64,000 nucleotides of DNA from Candidatus Methylomirabilota bacterium (GCA_035605575.1 DASTCJ010000012.1:1075-65074), one strand, 5' to 3'; shown: positions 13,541 to 24,016, counted from the first letter of the stretch. Program-made: numbers and translations. The notes: generated from the sequence alone by a model not told the origin.

Positions 13541-16249
13541 ATGAGCCGGCCGCAGCCGATCGTCTTCGCCGTCATCGCCTTTCTGGCCCTCGGGCTGCTC
13601 GGCCAGCTCATCCCTCTCTACACCGACTGGCTCTGGTTCCAGGAGGTCGGCTACACCCAGGTCTTCACCACGACCCTCTCGCTGCGCGGCACGCTGTTCG
13701 CGCTGGTCGCGCTGGCGGTCGCGCTCTTCCTGTGGGCAAACCTGACGTTCGCCGCGCGCACGGCGGCGCCCGACGTGCTGTGGGAGCTCGAGGATCAGCT
13801 CGGACTTCCGGGGCGGGTGGTGATCGAGCCGCTGATTCGCCGCTTCCTGCCCGTGGTGCTCGCCCTGATGGCCATCGTCTCCGGACTACGGGCGACGGCG
13901 AGCTGGGAGACCGTGCTCGCCTACGCGAATGCCAGCGCGTTCAACACCACGGACCCGGTCTTCGGCTTCGACCTGTCGGTGTTCGTGTTCCTGCTGCCGT
14001 TCTGGCGGCTGCTCCACGGCTGGGCGCTCGCGCTCATGGCGGCCACCATGATTCTGACGCTCGCCGTCTACGTGCTCCAGCGGAGCCTCGTGATGACCAC
14101 GCGCGGCCCGCGGCTGGCCGCCGGCGCGCGTACGCATCTGCTGATCCTCGGCTCGCTGCTGCTCGCGCTGAAGGCGGTCGGCTTCTGGCTCGATCAGTAC
14201 GAGATCGTCTTCTCGCCGCGCGGCAACGTCTTCGGCGCCTCGTACACGGACGTCCACGCCACGCTGCCGATGCTGAAGACCCTCGCCGTGCTCTCCGCGC
14301 TGGCGGCGGCGGCGTGCGTGGTGCAGATCGGCCGCGCCGGCCTACGGTTCGTGGCCGGCGCCCTCGGCGCTCTGATCATCGTCTGGGTGTTCGGACTGGG
14401 CATCTATCCCGCGCTGCTCCAGCGGTTTCGCGTGGCCCCCAACGAGCTCGCCGCCGAGCGACCGTACATCCAGGCGAACATCCGGATGACGCGACAGGCC
14501 TACGGGCTGGACCGCATCGAGGAGCAGGAGTTTCCCGCCGACGAGAACCTGGATGCGCGCGCGCTCGAGCAGAACGCGCTGACCATCGACAACATCCGGC
14601 TGTGGGACTACCGGCCACTGCTACGGACGTACGCGCAGCTGCAGGAGATCCGCACCTACTACAAGTTCGTCGACGTCGACAACGACCGCTACGTGGTCGA
14701 CGGGGAATACCGGCAGCTGATGCTGTCGCCGCGAGAGCTCTCGTACCAGCACCTGCAGGGCGGCCGCAACTGGATCAACGAGCATTTGACGTACACGCAT
14801 GGCTACGGGCTCGTCGTGAGTCCCGTGAATCGCGTGACGCCGGAGGGGCTGCCCGAGTTCTTCGTGAAGGACATCCCGCCGCGGACGGCCGACGCATTTC
14901 CGAAGATCGTGCGGCCCGAGATCTATTACGGCGAGACGTCCAACGAATATGTCGTGGTTCGCACGCGCTCGCAGGAGCTCGACTATCCGGCGGGCGACCA
15001 GAATGTCTACAGCACGTACGGCGGTCAGGGCGGCATTCCCATCGGCTCGCTCGGTCGGCGCCTGCTCTTCGCCGCGCGCTTCGGAGAGCCGAAGATCATC
15101 CTGTCCGACGATTTCACCGCCGATAGCCGGATCATGATCCATCGCACGGTGAACCAGCGCACGCAGCAAGTCACGCCGTTCTTCCGCTTCGACCGTGATC
15201 CCTACATCGTGGTGACGGATGCGGGCCGGCTCGTGTGGATGCTCGACGGCTATACGAGCACCGATCGCTACCCGTACTCGGACCCCGTACGCGGCGTCGG
15301 CAACTACGTCCGCAACTCCGTGAAGGTCACTGTCGATGCCTACGACGGCACGATGACCTACTATATTGCCGACGCGACCGATCCGATCGTGCGCGTGTAC
15401 GCGCGCGCGTTTCCCGGCCTGCTCAAGCCGATCGACGAGATGCCGGCCGATATCCGCCGGCACGTCCGTTATCCCGAGGACCTCTTCGCCATCCAGGCGC
15501 GGAAGTACGCGACGTATCACATGGAAGATCCCCAGGTGTTTTACAACCGGGAGGATCTGTGGGCGATTCCACGGCGGACCATCGAGGGGCGTGACCGGGA
15601 GATGGAGCCGTACTTCACGATCATGCGATTGCCGGGCGCGGAGAAGGAAGAGTTCATCCTGCTCACGCTGTTCAATCCCGCGCGCCGCGACAACATGATC
15701 GCCTGGATGGCGGGACGCTCGGATCCCGGCAACTACGGCCGGCTCATCGTCTACAACTTTCCCAAGCAGAAGCTCGTCTACGGACCACGCCAGATCGATG
15801 CGCGTATCGACCAGGATCCGGTGATCGCCCAGCAGCTGGCGCTGTGGAACCAGCGCGGCTCCACCGTTATCCGCGGCTCGCTGCTCGCCATTCCTATCGA
15901 TCGGTCGCTGATCTACGTGCAGCCGCTCTACCTCGCGGCCGCGGAGCAGGGCGCGCTGCCGGAGCTCCGCCGCGTGATCGTCGCCTACGGCAACCAGATC
16001 GCCATGGAGCCGACGCTCGAGCAGGCGCTCGGACGGATCTTCAGCGGGCGCGTAACGCCCACTGCCGCCACGCCGTCGTCGCCGGCGCCGCCGCGGGCGG
16101 GAGCGCCGCCGGCGCTCGACACCACCGCCGCGCAGCGCGCGTGGGACGCCTGGACGCGCTCGCAAGACGCTCTACGCCGAGGCGACTGGGCTGCCTACGG
16201 CACCGAGCAAAAGCGCCTCGAGGAAGCCCTCCGACAACTCCAGCGCTGA
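13541..16249 (+). CDS. UPF0182 family polytopic membrane protein
   Basis: 902 aa with about 7 N-terminal TM helices followed by a large soluble domain, and an Ala/Pro-rich C-terminal tail. Confidence 0.7.
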   Translation: MSRPQPIVFAVIAFLALGLLGQLIPLYTDWLWFQEVGYTQVFTTTLSLRGTLFALVALAVALFLWANLTFAARTAAPDVLWELEDQLGLPGRVVIEPLIRRFLPVVLALMAIVSGLRATASWETVLAYANASAFNTTDPVFGFDLSVFVFLLPFWRLLHGWALALMAATMILTLAVYVLQRSLVMTTRGPRLAAGARTHLLILGSLLLALKAVGFWLDQYEIVFSPRGNVFGASYTDVHATLPMLKTLAVLSALAAAACVVQIGRAGLRFVAGALGALIIVWVFGLGIYPALLQRFRVAPNELAAERPYIQANIRMTRQAYGLDRIEEQEFPADENLDARALEQNALTIDNIRLWDYRPLLRTYAQLQEIRTYYKFVDVDNDRYVVDGEYRQLMLSPRELSYQHLQGGRNWINEHLTYTHGYGLVVSPVNRVTPEGLPEFFVKDIPPRTADAFPKIVRPEIYYGETSNEYVVVRTRSQELDYPAGDQNVYSTYGGQGGIPIGSLGRRLLFAARFGEPKIILSDDFTADSRIMIHRTVNQRTQQVTPFFRFDRDPYIVVTDAGRLVWMLDGYTSTDRYPYSDPVRGVGNYVRNSVKVTVDAYDGTMTYYIADATDPIVRVYARAFPGLLKPIDEMPADIRRHVRYPEDLFAIQARKYATYHMEDPQVFYNREDLWAIPRRTIEGRDREMEPYFTIMRLPGAEKEEFILLTLFNPARRDNMIAWMAGRSDPGNYGRLIVYNFPKQKLVYGPRQIDARIDQDPVIAQQLALWNQRGSTVIRGSLLAIPIDRSLIYVQPLYLAAAEQGALPELRRVIVAYGNQIAMEPTLEQALGRIFSGRVTPTAATPSSPAPPRAGAPPALDTTAAQRAWDAWTRSQDALRRGDWAAYGTEQKRLEEALRQLQR

Positions 16250-16271
16250 CCGCGATCGAACCGCACCAGCC

Positions 16272-16397
16272 CTGGCTCGGCGTGCCGAGCGTCGGGGGGG
16301 GCCATGTCGGGGCCAGCGCGATCCCGAGGCGCGCCCCAGCTTGGCTGGGGCGTGCCGCGCGTCGGGGGGTTTGGGGGCCATGTCGGGGCCCCCATGT
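16272..16397. repeat. imperfect ~45-bp direct duplication ending in the GC-rich palindrome GGGGGCCATGTCGGGGCCCCC, lying between two convergent genes
   Basis: copy A is 16272-16315 and copy B is 16341-16393; a near-identical 32-bp element is present at 62017-62048. Confidence 0.6.
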
Positions 16398-16400
16398 CAG

Positions 16401-18767
16401 TCAAGTCCTGGCGCGCAAGAACAGCGACGTGCCGATGCCGAAAAAGATGACGTTCGCGGTCCAGGCGGCGACGAGCGGCGGTAAGAGGTCGGCGCGCGCG
16501 AAGGCCAGGGCGACGTAATGGACGACGAGGTAGCCGGCCATGATCGCGATGGCGAGGCCGATTCCGAACAGGCGGCCGCCGCGCGGGGCCTGTAGCGCGA
16601 ATGGAATCGCCACCAGCACCATCACGAGATTCACGAGGGGAAAGGACACCTTCGAGTAGAGCTCCACCAGGTATTTCTTGACCTGGAACCCCGCCGCCTC
16701 GAGCTTGGCCACGTAGTCGCGCAGCTCCCAGTAGCTCATCGAGGTCACCGGCTTCTGGATCCGCGTGAACTCGTCGATGTCCTCCTGCATGGCCAGCGCC
16801 GTCGTCGTGAACGGCAGCGTTTCCACGTTGTTGTTGCCCACGATCTCCCGGACGGCCCCGTCCGTCAGCTCCCAACCGTCGGGCGTCCAGTGCGCACGGC
16901 GCGTGTCGAGCCGGCTCAGGAGCCGAAACTGCTTGTCGAGCTCGAGCACGGTCACGCCGTACATGTCGTTGGTGCCGGGATTCAGCAGCTCCACGCGGAA
17001 GAAGCGGCTGTCCGCGCTGCGCAGCCACAGGCGCTGTCGCGACTGGAGGTAGCGCGGAAGCTGCCCGCGGATCTTCACGCGATCCACCTCCTCGCCCAGC
17101 TCGTTCAGCCGAGGCAGGAACAGCTCCTGGAACAGCCCGGCGCTGACGGCGACGCCGAGACCCATCAAGAGGATCGGCGCACTCACCCGGTAGAGGCTGA
17201 TTCCGGCCGCCTTCATCGCCGTGAACTCGTGATAGCGGCTGAGCGCCAGGAAGAGAAAGATCGTGGCTACGAGCATGACCACCGGGAGGCCGTCGTGCAG
17301 CGCGGCCGGGAGCCGATAGAGGAAGTGCTCGACGATGAAGATGAGCGGCGGCTTCACGCGCAGATAGCGGTCGAGAGTCTGCAGCAGGTCCACCACCACG
17401 AAGAGAGCCGCGGCCACGCCGAGACCGATGCTGACGAACACGAGGAACTCGCGCACCAGGTAGCGATCGAGGATGTGCGTCGACCCGCGCCCCGCCGCCA
17501 CCACGCGCGTCTCCGCGGTCGCCTCGCGCCGCGGCAGCAAGCCCAGCGCCCGGTCGAGCGCCCCCCACGCGAGTGGGAGGGTCGGCATCGTCCACTCGCG
17601 GGCGGTGGCGACGAGCAACGTGAGTCCGATCGCGCCGAAGCCGACGTTCGGCGCCCAGATGGCCACCGCGGGCGGCAGGCGGCCCCGCAGCGCCATGCCT
17701 TCGAGCATCGTCAGCACCAGGTAGTAGGACACGAGGATCACGAGGCTCGCGGCCAGCGCCACGGAGCGGCCACCGCGATGCGAGCGCACGGCCAGGGGAA
17801 AGGCCACCAGCGCGAACACCAGCGCGGCCGCCGGGAACGCGAACCGCTTGTGCAGCTCCACTTTGAACGGAGCGCTGTTCGGCGGATCCTGGGACAGCTC
17901 GGCGATGCGCGTCAGGAGCGCGGACATCGACATGTCCCGCTCGGGCTTGTCACCCTTCTGGGAGCCCTTGAGCGGCGATTCCACGGACAGGCTCATGTCG
18001 TAGATGCTGAAGTTCGTGTAGCGATAACGCGCGGGGCCGGCCGCCCCACCGGTCGACCCCGGCGTCGCGCCCGGCGTGGCAGGCGTCGTGGCCGGCAGCA
18101 CGTCGGCCTCGTTCACGGCGCCGTTGATGAGACGCAGTGTCAGGCGGCGATTCTCCTCGTCCGAGAGCAGCCGACCTTCGCGGGCGGTGATGATCCGCGA
18201 GATCTTGGGATCACGCTCGTCGGACACGAGCAGGCCGCGCAGGGCGACCTGCGAGGCGCTCACGTCCTCGACGTAGATGATGATGTCGCCGAATGTCGCG
18301 TTGAACACGCGCTCCTGCAGCCCGCTCAGCGCGCGGGACTGGAAGATGCGGAAGAGCTGCCGCTGGAACTCCTCGTTGGCGATCGGATTCAGGAACAGCG
18401 TCAGCACGCCGGTCAGCACGCCGACGACGAGGGCGGCCGCCATGATCGGACGGAAGAGGCGCATCACGCTCACGCCGGCCGCCTTGAAGGCGATGATCTC
18501 GAGGTCGCCGGCGAGGCGACCGCCGGCCAGCAGCACGGCGACCAGGCACGCCATGGGCAGCGTGTACGCGAGGAACGACGGCAACATGTAAACGAGCAGC
18601 TGCAGCACCAGGTGGAATGGCACGCCCTTGGTGATGACGAGCTCGGTCAGGTGATACAGCCGGTCGATGACGAGGAAGAACGTGAAGAGCGCGCCGCCGA
18701 AGAGAAACGGAGAGACCAGCTCTTTGACGAGGTAGCGGTCGATGACCGGCACCGCTCGCACGCTCAC
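16401..18767 (-). CDS. lptFG: fused LptF-LptG lipopolysaccharide export permease
   Basis: one uninterrupted reading frame holds an LptF-like half (PVIDRYLVKELV...) and an LptG-like half (ILDRYLVREFLVF...); each half has the YjgP/YjgQ permease topology; a Thr/Pro/Gly-rich insert sits in the first periplasmic domain; the start is assigned to GTG 18767. Confidence 0.75.
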   Translation of the reverse strand: MSVRAVPVIDRYLVKELVSPFLFGGALFTFFLVIDRLYHLTELVITKGVPFHLVLQLLVYMLPSFLAYTLPMACLVAVLLAGGRLAGDLEIIAFKAAGVSVMRLFRPIMAAALVVGVLTGVLTLFLNPIANEEFQRQLFRIFQSRALSGLQERVFNATFGDIIIYVEDVSASQVALRGLLVSDERDPKISRIITAREGRLLSDEENRRLTLRLINGAVNEADVLPATTPATPGATPGSTGGAAGPARYRYTNFSIYDMSLSVESPLKGSQKGDKPERDMSMSALLTRIAELSQDPPNSAPFKVELHKRFAFPAAALVFALVAFPLAVRSHRGGRSVALAASLVILVSYYLVLTMLEGMALRGRLPPAVAIWAPNVGFGAIGLTLLVATAREWTMPTLPLAWGALDRALGLLPRREATAETRVVAAGRGSTHILDRYLVREFLVFVSIGLGVAAALFVVVDLLQTLDRYLRVKPPLIFIVEHFLYRLPAALHDGLPVVMLVATIFLFLALSRYHEFTAMKAAGISLYRVSAPILLMGLGVAVSAGLFQELFLPRLNELGEEVDRVKIRGQLPRYLQSRQRLWLRSADSRFFRVELLNPGTNDMYGVTVLELDKQFRLLSRLDTRRAHWTPDGWELTDGAVREIVGNNNVETLPFTTTALAMQEDIDEFTRIQKPVTSMSYWELRDYVAKLEAAGFQVKKYLVELYSKVSFPLVNLVMVLVAIPFALQAPRGGRLFGIGLAIAIMAGYLVVHYVALAFARADLLPPLVAAWTANVIFFGIGTSLFLRART

Positions 18768-19836
18768 GCGTCTGTTGTACCATAGCCGGGTGAGGCGCCG
18801 GACGTGGGCCGCCAGCCTCGTCGTGCTCTTCCTCGCCGGTACGTGCGCGGTCGCCACCGGACGAGCCGCGCCCGACCGACTCGACCGCTTCCGCGAGCTG
18901 GCCCGCAGCCGGCTCGGCCTCGCCGAGCTCGTCGATCCCGAGAACCCCGCGGAGGCGTATCGCGACATCTACGCGCTGCTCGACGAGGAGATCGTCGAGA
19001 GCCTGACCTCGGGCGGTGTCTTCGCCTCGCTGGAGTTTCTTCAAGACAGGATCGACGCGTTCGGCGAGGCGTGGGGCGGCGCCCACATCCGGCTGGCGCG
19101 CGTCGGCCGTTTGCTCGTCGGCGCGTTCCGGCTGACCGAGGGCTCGACGGGCAACAGCGTGCGCGTGTACGGCCCGCTCCGCGAAGAGTCTGCGCTGCTC
19201 GCGACGTTGTATCGCGACGGGCGACCGACGCTGCACTCGTTGCCGCCCGGCGCCGATGGCCCGCAGTTCATCGCGGCTTGGGAAGGCTCCCTGTCGGGGC
19301 GTGGCACGCGCGAGCTGCGCATCGATCTGCTGCGCGCCCACGCGGACGGCGTCCGCGTGGCGTGGACGACCGCCTCGCTGTTTCCGGACGGACTCTATGC
19401 CCGCGCGTACGTCGTACGCCCGCCGGAGATCCGGATCCGTTACGAGCTGCACTATCCCGGCTGGATTCCGGGCTGCGAAGGCCAGACGGAGCAAGAGGAC
19501 GTCTACCGCGTGGTGCCGGGACCGGCCGCCGTCACCCGCGTCGGCCGCCAGCAGCACAATCCCTGGCACCGCGAGCTGCACGCGGCCGTCAGCAATCTCT
19601 TCGCCGCTCTCGCCGCCGGCGACGAGAGCGCCATCGCGAGCCTCGTGCCCGATCGCGATCTCCGCGCGCGGTTGCCGGCGCTCGCCGCCGACCCGGCCTG
19701 CGACGCGGCCGACGGCACCCGCGAATCCGTGTCGATCGCCGCCACTGGACCGGAGCGCCGGCCGTGGAGCCTGACCTTCCGGCGCGCGGGCGTCCGATGG
19801 CGTCTCACCGGCGCCAGTGTGGTGTCGCCGCCCTGA
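18742..19836 (+). CDS. hypothetical secreted protein
   Basis: 364-aa ORF with signal-like RRRTWAASLVVLFLAGTCAVATG; the real start is probably GTG near 18790; no recognisable domain. Confidence 0.45.
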   Translation: MTGTARTLTRLLYHSRVRRRTWAASLVVLFLAGTCAVATGRAAPDRLDRFRELARSRLGLAELVDPENPAEAYRDIYALLDEEIVESLTSGGVFASLEFLQDRIDAFGEAWGGAHIRLARVGRLLVGAFRLTEGSTGNSVRVYGPLREESALLATLYRDGRPTLHSLPPGADGPQFIAAWEGSLSGRGTRELRIDLLRAHADGVRVAWTTASLFPDGLYARAYVVRPPEIRIRYELHYPGWIPGCEGQTEQEDVYRVVPGPAAVTRVGRQQHNPWHRELHAAVSNLFAALAAGDESAIASLVPDRDLRARLPALAADPACDAADGTRESVSIAATGPERRPWSLTFRRAGVRWRLTGASVVSPP

Positions 19837-19891
19837 TTGCCCCGACGGCGTTGGACCGCGGTCCCCGCGCCCGCTACAATAGCGGCTCCGA

Positions 19892-22531
19892 ATGAGCCCG
19901 CAGCAGACGGACCCGGCCGCGATCTCGGATCGGTACGAGCCCGCGGCCGTCGAAGAGCGGTGGTACCCGATCTGGGAGGAGCGCGGTTACTTCCGGGCCG
20001 ACCCCGCCTCGTCGAAGAAGCCGTACTCGATCGTCATCCCGCCCCCGAACGTCACCGGCTCGCTGCACATCGGTCACGGCCTCAACAACACGCTGCAGGA
20101 CGTGATGATCCGCATGAAGCGGATGGACGGCTTCAACGCGCTGTGGCAGCCGGGCACCGATCACGCGGGCATCGCCACCCAGGTGGTCGTCGAGCGGCAA
20201 CTGGCCGCCGAGGGAAAGCGCAAAGAGGACCTCGGCCGCGCGGAATTCGTCCGGCGCGTGTGGCAGTGGAAGGACGAGTCGGGCGGCACGATCATCCGTC
20301 AGCTGAAGCGGCTCGGCGCCTCGTGTGACTGGTCGCGCCTTCGCTTCACCATGGACGAGGGCCTCTCGCGCGCCGTGCGCGAGGTCTTCGTGCGGCTCTG
20401 GGACGACAAGCTGATCTTTCGTGACGACTACATCGTCAACTGGTGCCCGCGCTGCGAAACCGTCCTGTCCGATCTCGAGGTCGACCGGGAGGAGCGCGAC
20501 GCGGAATTCGTCTACATCAAGTACGGCCCCCTCACGCTGGGCACCGTGCGACCGGAGACGAAGCTCGGTGACACCGGGCTCGCCGTGCATCCGAAGGACA
20601 AGCGCTACAGGCAGTACGTCGGCCAGACGCTCGACATTCCCTCCGTCGACGGCACCGTCACCGTGCGCGTGGTCGCCGACGAGGCGGTCGATCCGAAGTT
20701 TGGCACCGGCGTGATCAAGGTGACGCCGGGCCACGATCCCACGGACTTCGAGATCGGCCGGCGCCACGGGCTGCCGGTGAAGACGGTCATCGGCTTCGAC
20801 GGCAAGATGACGGCGGCCGCCGGCAAGTACGCGGGGATGGACCGCTTCGAGGCGCGCAAGCAGATCGTCGAGGACATGAAGGCCCTCGGCCTGATCGATC
20901 GCATCGAGCCATACCGTCATGCCGTCGGCCTCTGCTACCGATGCAAGACGGTGGTGGAGCCGCTCGTCTCCAAGCAGTGGTACGTCAACGTCAAGCCGCT
21001 CGCGCAGGAGGCGATCAAGGCGGTCCGCGCCGGCAAGATCAAGATCATCCCGCGCGGCTGGACGAAGACGTATTACCACTGGATGGACAACATCCGGCCG
21101 TGGCCCATCTCGCGGCAGCTCTGGTGGGGTCATCAGATTCCGGCCTGGTACTGCGAGCGCGACGGCTCGATCCACGTCTCCCGCACCGACCTCACGAGCT
21201 GTCCCGACTGCGGGAGCCCCGTGCGGCGCGACCCGGACGTCCTCGACACATGGTTCTCGTCGGGCCTCTGGCCATTCTCGACGCTCGGCTGGCCCGACGA
21301 CACGCCGTATCTGCGGACCTTCTATCCGACCTCGCTGCTCGTCACCAGCTTCGACATCATCTTCTTCTGGGTGGCGCGCATGGCGATGTTCGGCCTCTAC
21401 GTCATGAAGCAGGTGCCGTTTCACGACGTCTACATCCACGCCCTCGTGCGCGATGCCGAGGGGCAGAAGATGTCGAAATCGAAGGGCAACGTCGTGGACC
21501 CGCTCGAGCTGATGACGAAGTACGGCACCGACGCCTTCCGCTTCACGCTGGTCGCGCTGGCCGCGCAAGGCCGCGACATTCGCCTGAGCGACGAGCGCGT
21601 GGAAGGCTACCGCAACTTCGCCAACAAACTGTGGAACGCGGCGCGGCTGGTCCTCTCGAACCTCGACGGCTACGACGCCGCGGCCGGCCGACGCGGCAAG
21701 CCGGACCTCGCTGCGCGCTGGATCGACAGCCGGCTGCAAGCGACCATTGGCGCCGTCCGCGCTCATCTCAAGGCCTATCGCTTCAACGACGCTGCCGGCG
21801 CCATCTACCAGTTCGTCTGGGGAGAGTTCTGCGACTGGTATCTGGAGATTGCCAAGCTCGATCTCTACCGCGCCGACGATCCGACGCGAAGGGTCGCCAC
21901 GCAGCACGCGCTGGTGAGCACGCTGGAGACGACGCTGCGGCTCTTGCATCCGTTCATGCCGTTCATCACGGAAGAGATCTGGCAGCGTCTGCCGCACGAG
22001 GGTGAGTCGATCATGATCGCGCCCTATCCGAAGGTGGTGCGACGGCGCGTCGATCCGGAAGCCGAGCGCGAAATGGCGGTGGTGATGGGTATCGTGGCGG
22101 CGATCCGCAACATTCGCGGCGAAATGCGCGTGGCGCCCGGGCTCACGCTCTCGGCCATCGTGAAGCCGGGGCCCGAGGCGCCGTCCGCGCTCGTGAGCGC
22201 CAACGCGTCGTTGATCCAGACGCTGGCGCGGGCGGCGGTGACCGTGGATCCGCAGGCCAGCCGGCCGCGCAGCTCGGCGCTGGGCGTGGTGGGCGGCATC
22301 GAGATCTATGTCGCGCTCGAGGGCGTGGTGGACCTCGGCGCCGAGCGGCAGCGGCTCCAGAAGGAGATCAAGCGCGCCGAGGACGCGATCGCGTTCGGTC
22401 GCGCGAAGCTCGCGCGGCCGGAGTTCGCCGAGCGCGCGCCGGCGGAGGTCGTCGACAAGGAGCGCGAGAAGGTGGCGCAGCAGGAAGCGCTGCGCGACAA
22501 GCTCGTGGCCAGCCTGAGCTGGGTCGGATGA
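19892..22531 (+). CDS. valS: valine--tRNA ligase
   Basis: HIGH motif (PPPNVTGSLHIGH), KMSKS motif and a C-terminal coiled coil; 879 aa. Confidence 0.97.
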   Translation: MSPQQTDPAAISDRYEPAAVEERWYPIWEERGYFRADPASSKKPYSIVIPPPNVTGSLHIGHGLNNTLQDVMIRMKRMDGFNALWQPGTDHAGIATQVVVERQLAAEGKRKEDLGRAEFVRRVWQWKDESGGTIIRQLKRLGASCDWSRLRFTMDEGLSRAVREVFVRLWDDKLIFRDDYIVNWCPRCETVLSDLEVDREERDAEFVYIKYGPLTLGTVRPETKLGDTGLAVHPKDKRYRQYVGQTLDIPSVDGTVTVRVVADEAVDPKFGTGVIKVTPGHDPTDFEIGRRHGLPVKTVIGFDGKMTAAAGKYAGMDRFEARKQIVEDMKALGLIDRIEPYRHAVGLCYRCKTVVEPLVSKQWYVNVKPLAQEAIKAVRAGKIKIIPRGWTKTYYHWMDNIRPWPISRQLWWGHQIPAWYCERDGSIHVSRTDLTSCPDCGSPVRRDPDVLDTWFSSGLWPFSTLGWPDDTPYLRTFYPTSLLVTSFDIIFFWVARMAMFGLYVMKQVPFHDVYIHALVRDAEGQKMSKSKGNVVDPLELMTKYGTDAFRFTLVALAAQGRDIRLSDERVEGYRNFANKLWNAARLVLSNLDGYDAAAGRRGKPDLAARWIDSRLQATIGAVRAHLKAYRFNDAAGAIYQFVWGEFCDWYLEIAKLDLYRADDPTRRVATQHALVSTLETTLRLLHPFMPFITEEIWQRLPHEGESIMIAPYPKVVRRRVDPEAEREMAVVMGIVAAIRNIRGEMRVAPGLTLSAIVKPGPEAPSALVSANASLIQTLARAAVTVDPQASRPRSSALGVVGGIEIYVALEGVVDLGAERQRLQKEIKRAEDAIAFGRAKLARPEFAERAPAEVVDKEREKVAQQEALRDKLVASLSWVG

Positions 22532-23265
22532 GCCGCGTCGTTCATCTCGAGCGCGTCGACTCGACACAGACGACGGCCTTTGCCCTCGGTGCCGAGGGCG
22601 CCGCCGACGGCACGGTCGTGGTGGCTGATTACCAGGCATCCGGACGCGGCCGGCGCGGGCGCACCTGGGAAGCCGCATCCGGGCAGAGCCTGCTGGCGAC
22701 CATCCTCGTGCACCCCCGGCTGCCGACGGCGCAGTGTCCCGCCTACTCGCTGGTCGCCGCGGTCGCCGTGGTGGAGACCCTTGCGCGAACCGCGGCGCTG
22801 GCCGCACGGCTGAAGTGGCCGAACGACGTGCTCATCGCCGGCCGGAAGATCGCCGGCATCCTGCTCGAGAGCCGCTTCGTGTCCGCGACCGCCACGCCGC
22901 TGGTCGCGGTGGGAGTCGGCATCAATCTCGCCCAGCGCGCGTTTCCGGCGGCGCTCGCGGCGCGCGCGACATCAGTGGCCATCGAGGCCGGCCGCACGGT
23001 CGGCCGCGACGCGGTTCTCAGCGCGCTGCTCGAGGCCTTCGACGAATGGCGAGGGCGGGTGGAGACGGAGGGGATGAGCCCCGTGCGGGGTCGCTGGCTG
23101 GCGCTGGCGGACACCATCGGGCGCCGCGTCAGCATCGACGGCGTCACCGGCGTCGCTGTCGACCTCGACCTCGATGGCGCGCTCGTGCTCGAAGGTGCCG
23201 GGCGTCGGCATCGCGTCGTGGCCGGCGAGGTGCTCGAAGAGACGGAGCATGCTGCTCGTCCTTGA
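22528..23265 (+). CDS. birA: biotin--[acetyl-CoA-carboxylase] ligase, group I (no N-terminal HTH domain)
   Basis: GRGRRGRTWEA biotin-binding motif; 245 aa; overlaps the valS stop. Confidence 0.85.
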   Translation: MSRVVHLERVDSTQTTAFALGAEGAADGTVVVADYQASGRGRRGRTWEAASGQSLLATILVHPRLPTAQCPAYSLVAAVAVVETLARTAALAARLKWPNDVLIAGRKIAGILLESRFVSATATPLVAVGVGINLAQRAFPAALAARATSVAIEAGRTVGRDAVLSALLEAFDEWRGRVETEGMSPVRGRWLALADTIGRRVSIDGVTGVAVDLDLDGALVLEGAGRRHRVVAGEVLEETEHAARP

Positions 23266-24016
23266 GGTCGGCAACACCAACACGAAGATCGGCGTGTACG
23301 ACGGCGAGCGCCTGCAGGTGTCCTGGCGACTCACGAGCCGCCGCGAGCAGACCGCCGACGAGTACGGCCTCTTCGTGGAGACGCTCTTTCGCACGCGCGG
23401 CATCGATCCGCGCCGCATCAACGGCATCGCCATCTCCAACGTCATCCCGCCCGTGCAGCAGACGCTGGAGCTCATGTGCGAGAAGTACTTCGGTGTGACG
23501 CCGTACTCCGTCGAGCCCGGCGTGAACACGCCGATGCCGCTCGAGGTCGAGAATCCGCGCGAGGTCGGCGCCGACCGCATCACGAAGTCCGTGGCGGCGG
23601 CGGCGATCTATGGCCCGCCCCTGATCGTCGTCGACCTCGGCACCGCGACCACCTTCGACTGCGTGAACGCGGCCGGCGCCTTCATCGGTGGGGCCATCGC
23701 CCCCGGGATCGCCACCGCCACCGAGGCGCTGGTGGCCCGCGCCGCGCGCCTCTATCGCGTGGAGTTCGTGCGACCGAAGGAAGCGATCGGTCGGAACACG
23801 ATCACCAACATGCAGTCCGGACTCGTCTACGGCTACGCGGGACTGGTGGACGGCCTCGTCGCCCGTATGAAGGCGGAGATGGCCGGGCAGGCAAAGGTCG
23901 TCGGGACCGGAGGGTACGCGACGCTGATCGCCGAAGCGGCGCGCTCGATCGACCACGTCAACGTGGACCTCGGGCTCGAGGGTTTGCGCCTGCTTTACGA
24001 GCGGCGAGCGCCTTGA
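23249..24016 (+). CDS. coaX: type III pantothenate kinase
   Basis: N-terminal LLVLEVGNTNTKIG and ASKHA-fold motifs; overlaps the birA 3' end by 17 nt. Confidence 0.9.
   Translation: MLLVLEVGNTNTKIGVYDGERLQVSWRLTSRREQTADEYGLFVETLFRTRGIDPRRINGIAISNVIPPVQQTLELMCEKYFGVTPYSVEPGVNTPMPLEVENPREVGADRITKSVAAAAIYGPPLIVVDLGTATTFDCVNAAGAFIGGAIAPGIATATEALVARAARLYRVEFVRPKEAIGRNTITNMQSGLVYGYAGLVDGLVARMKAEMAGQAKVVGTGGYATLIAEAARSIDHVNVDLGLEGLRLLYERRAP

Noticed and set aside
22528-23265. BirA without a DNA-binding domain, as a possible truncation
   Set aside because: Group I BirA proteins naturally lack the N-terminal HTH. The ORF is full length for that class and overlaps its neighbours cleanly.
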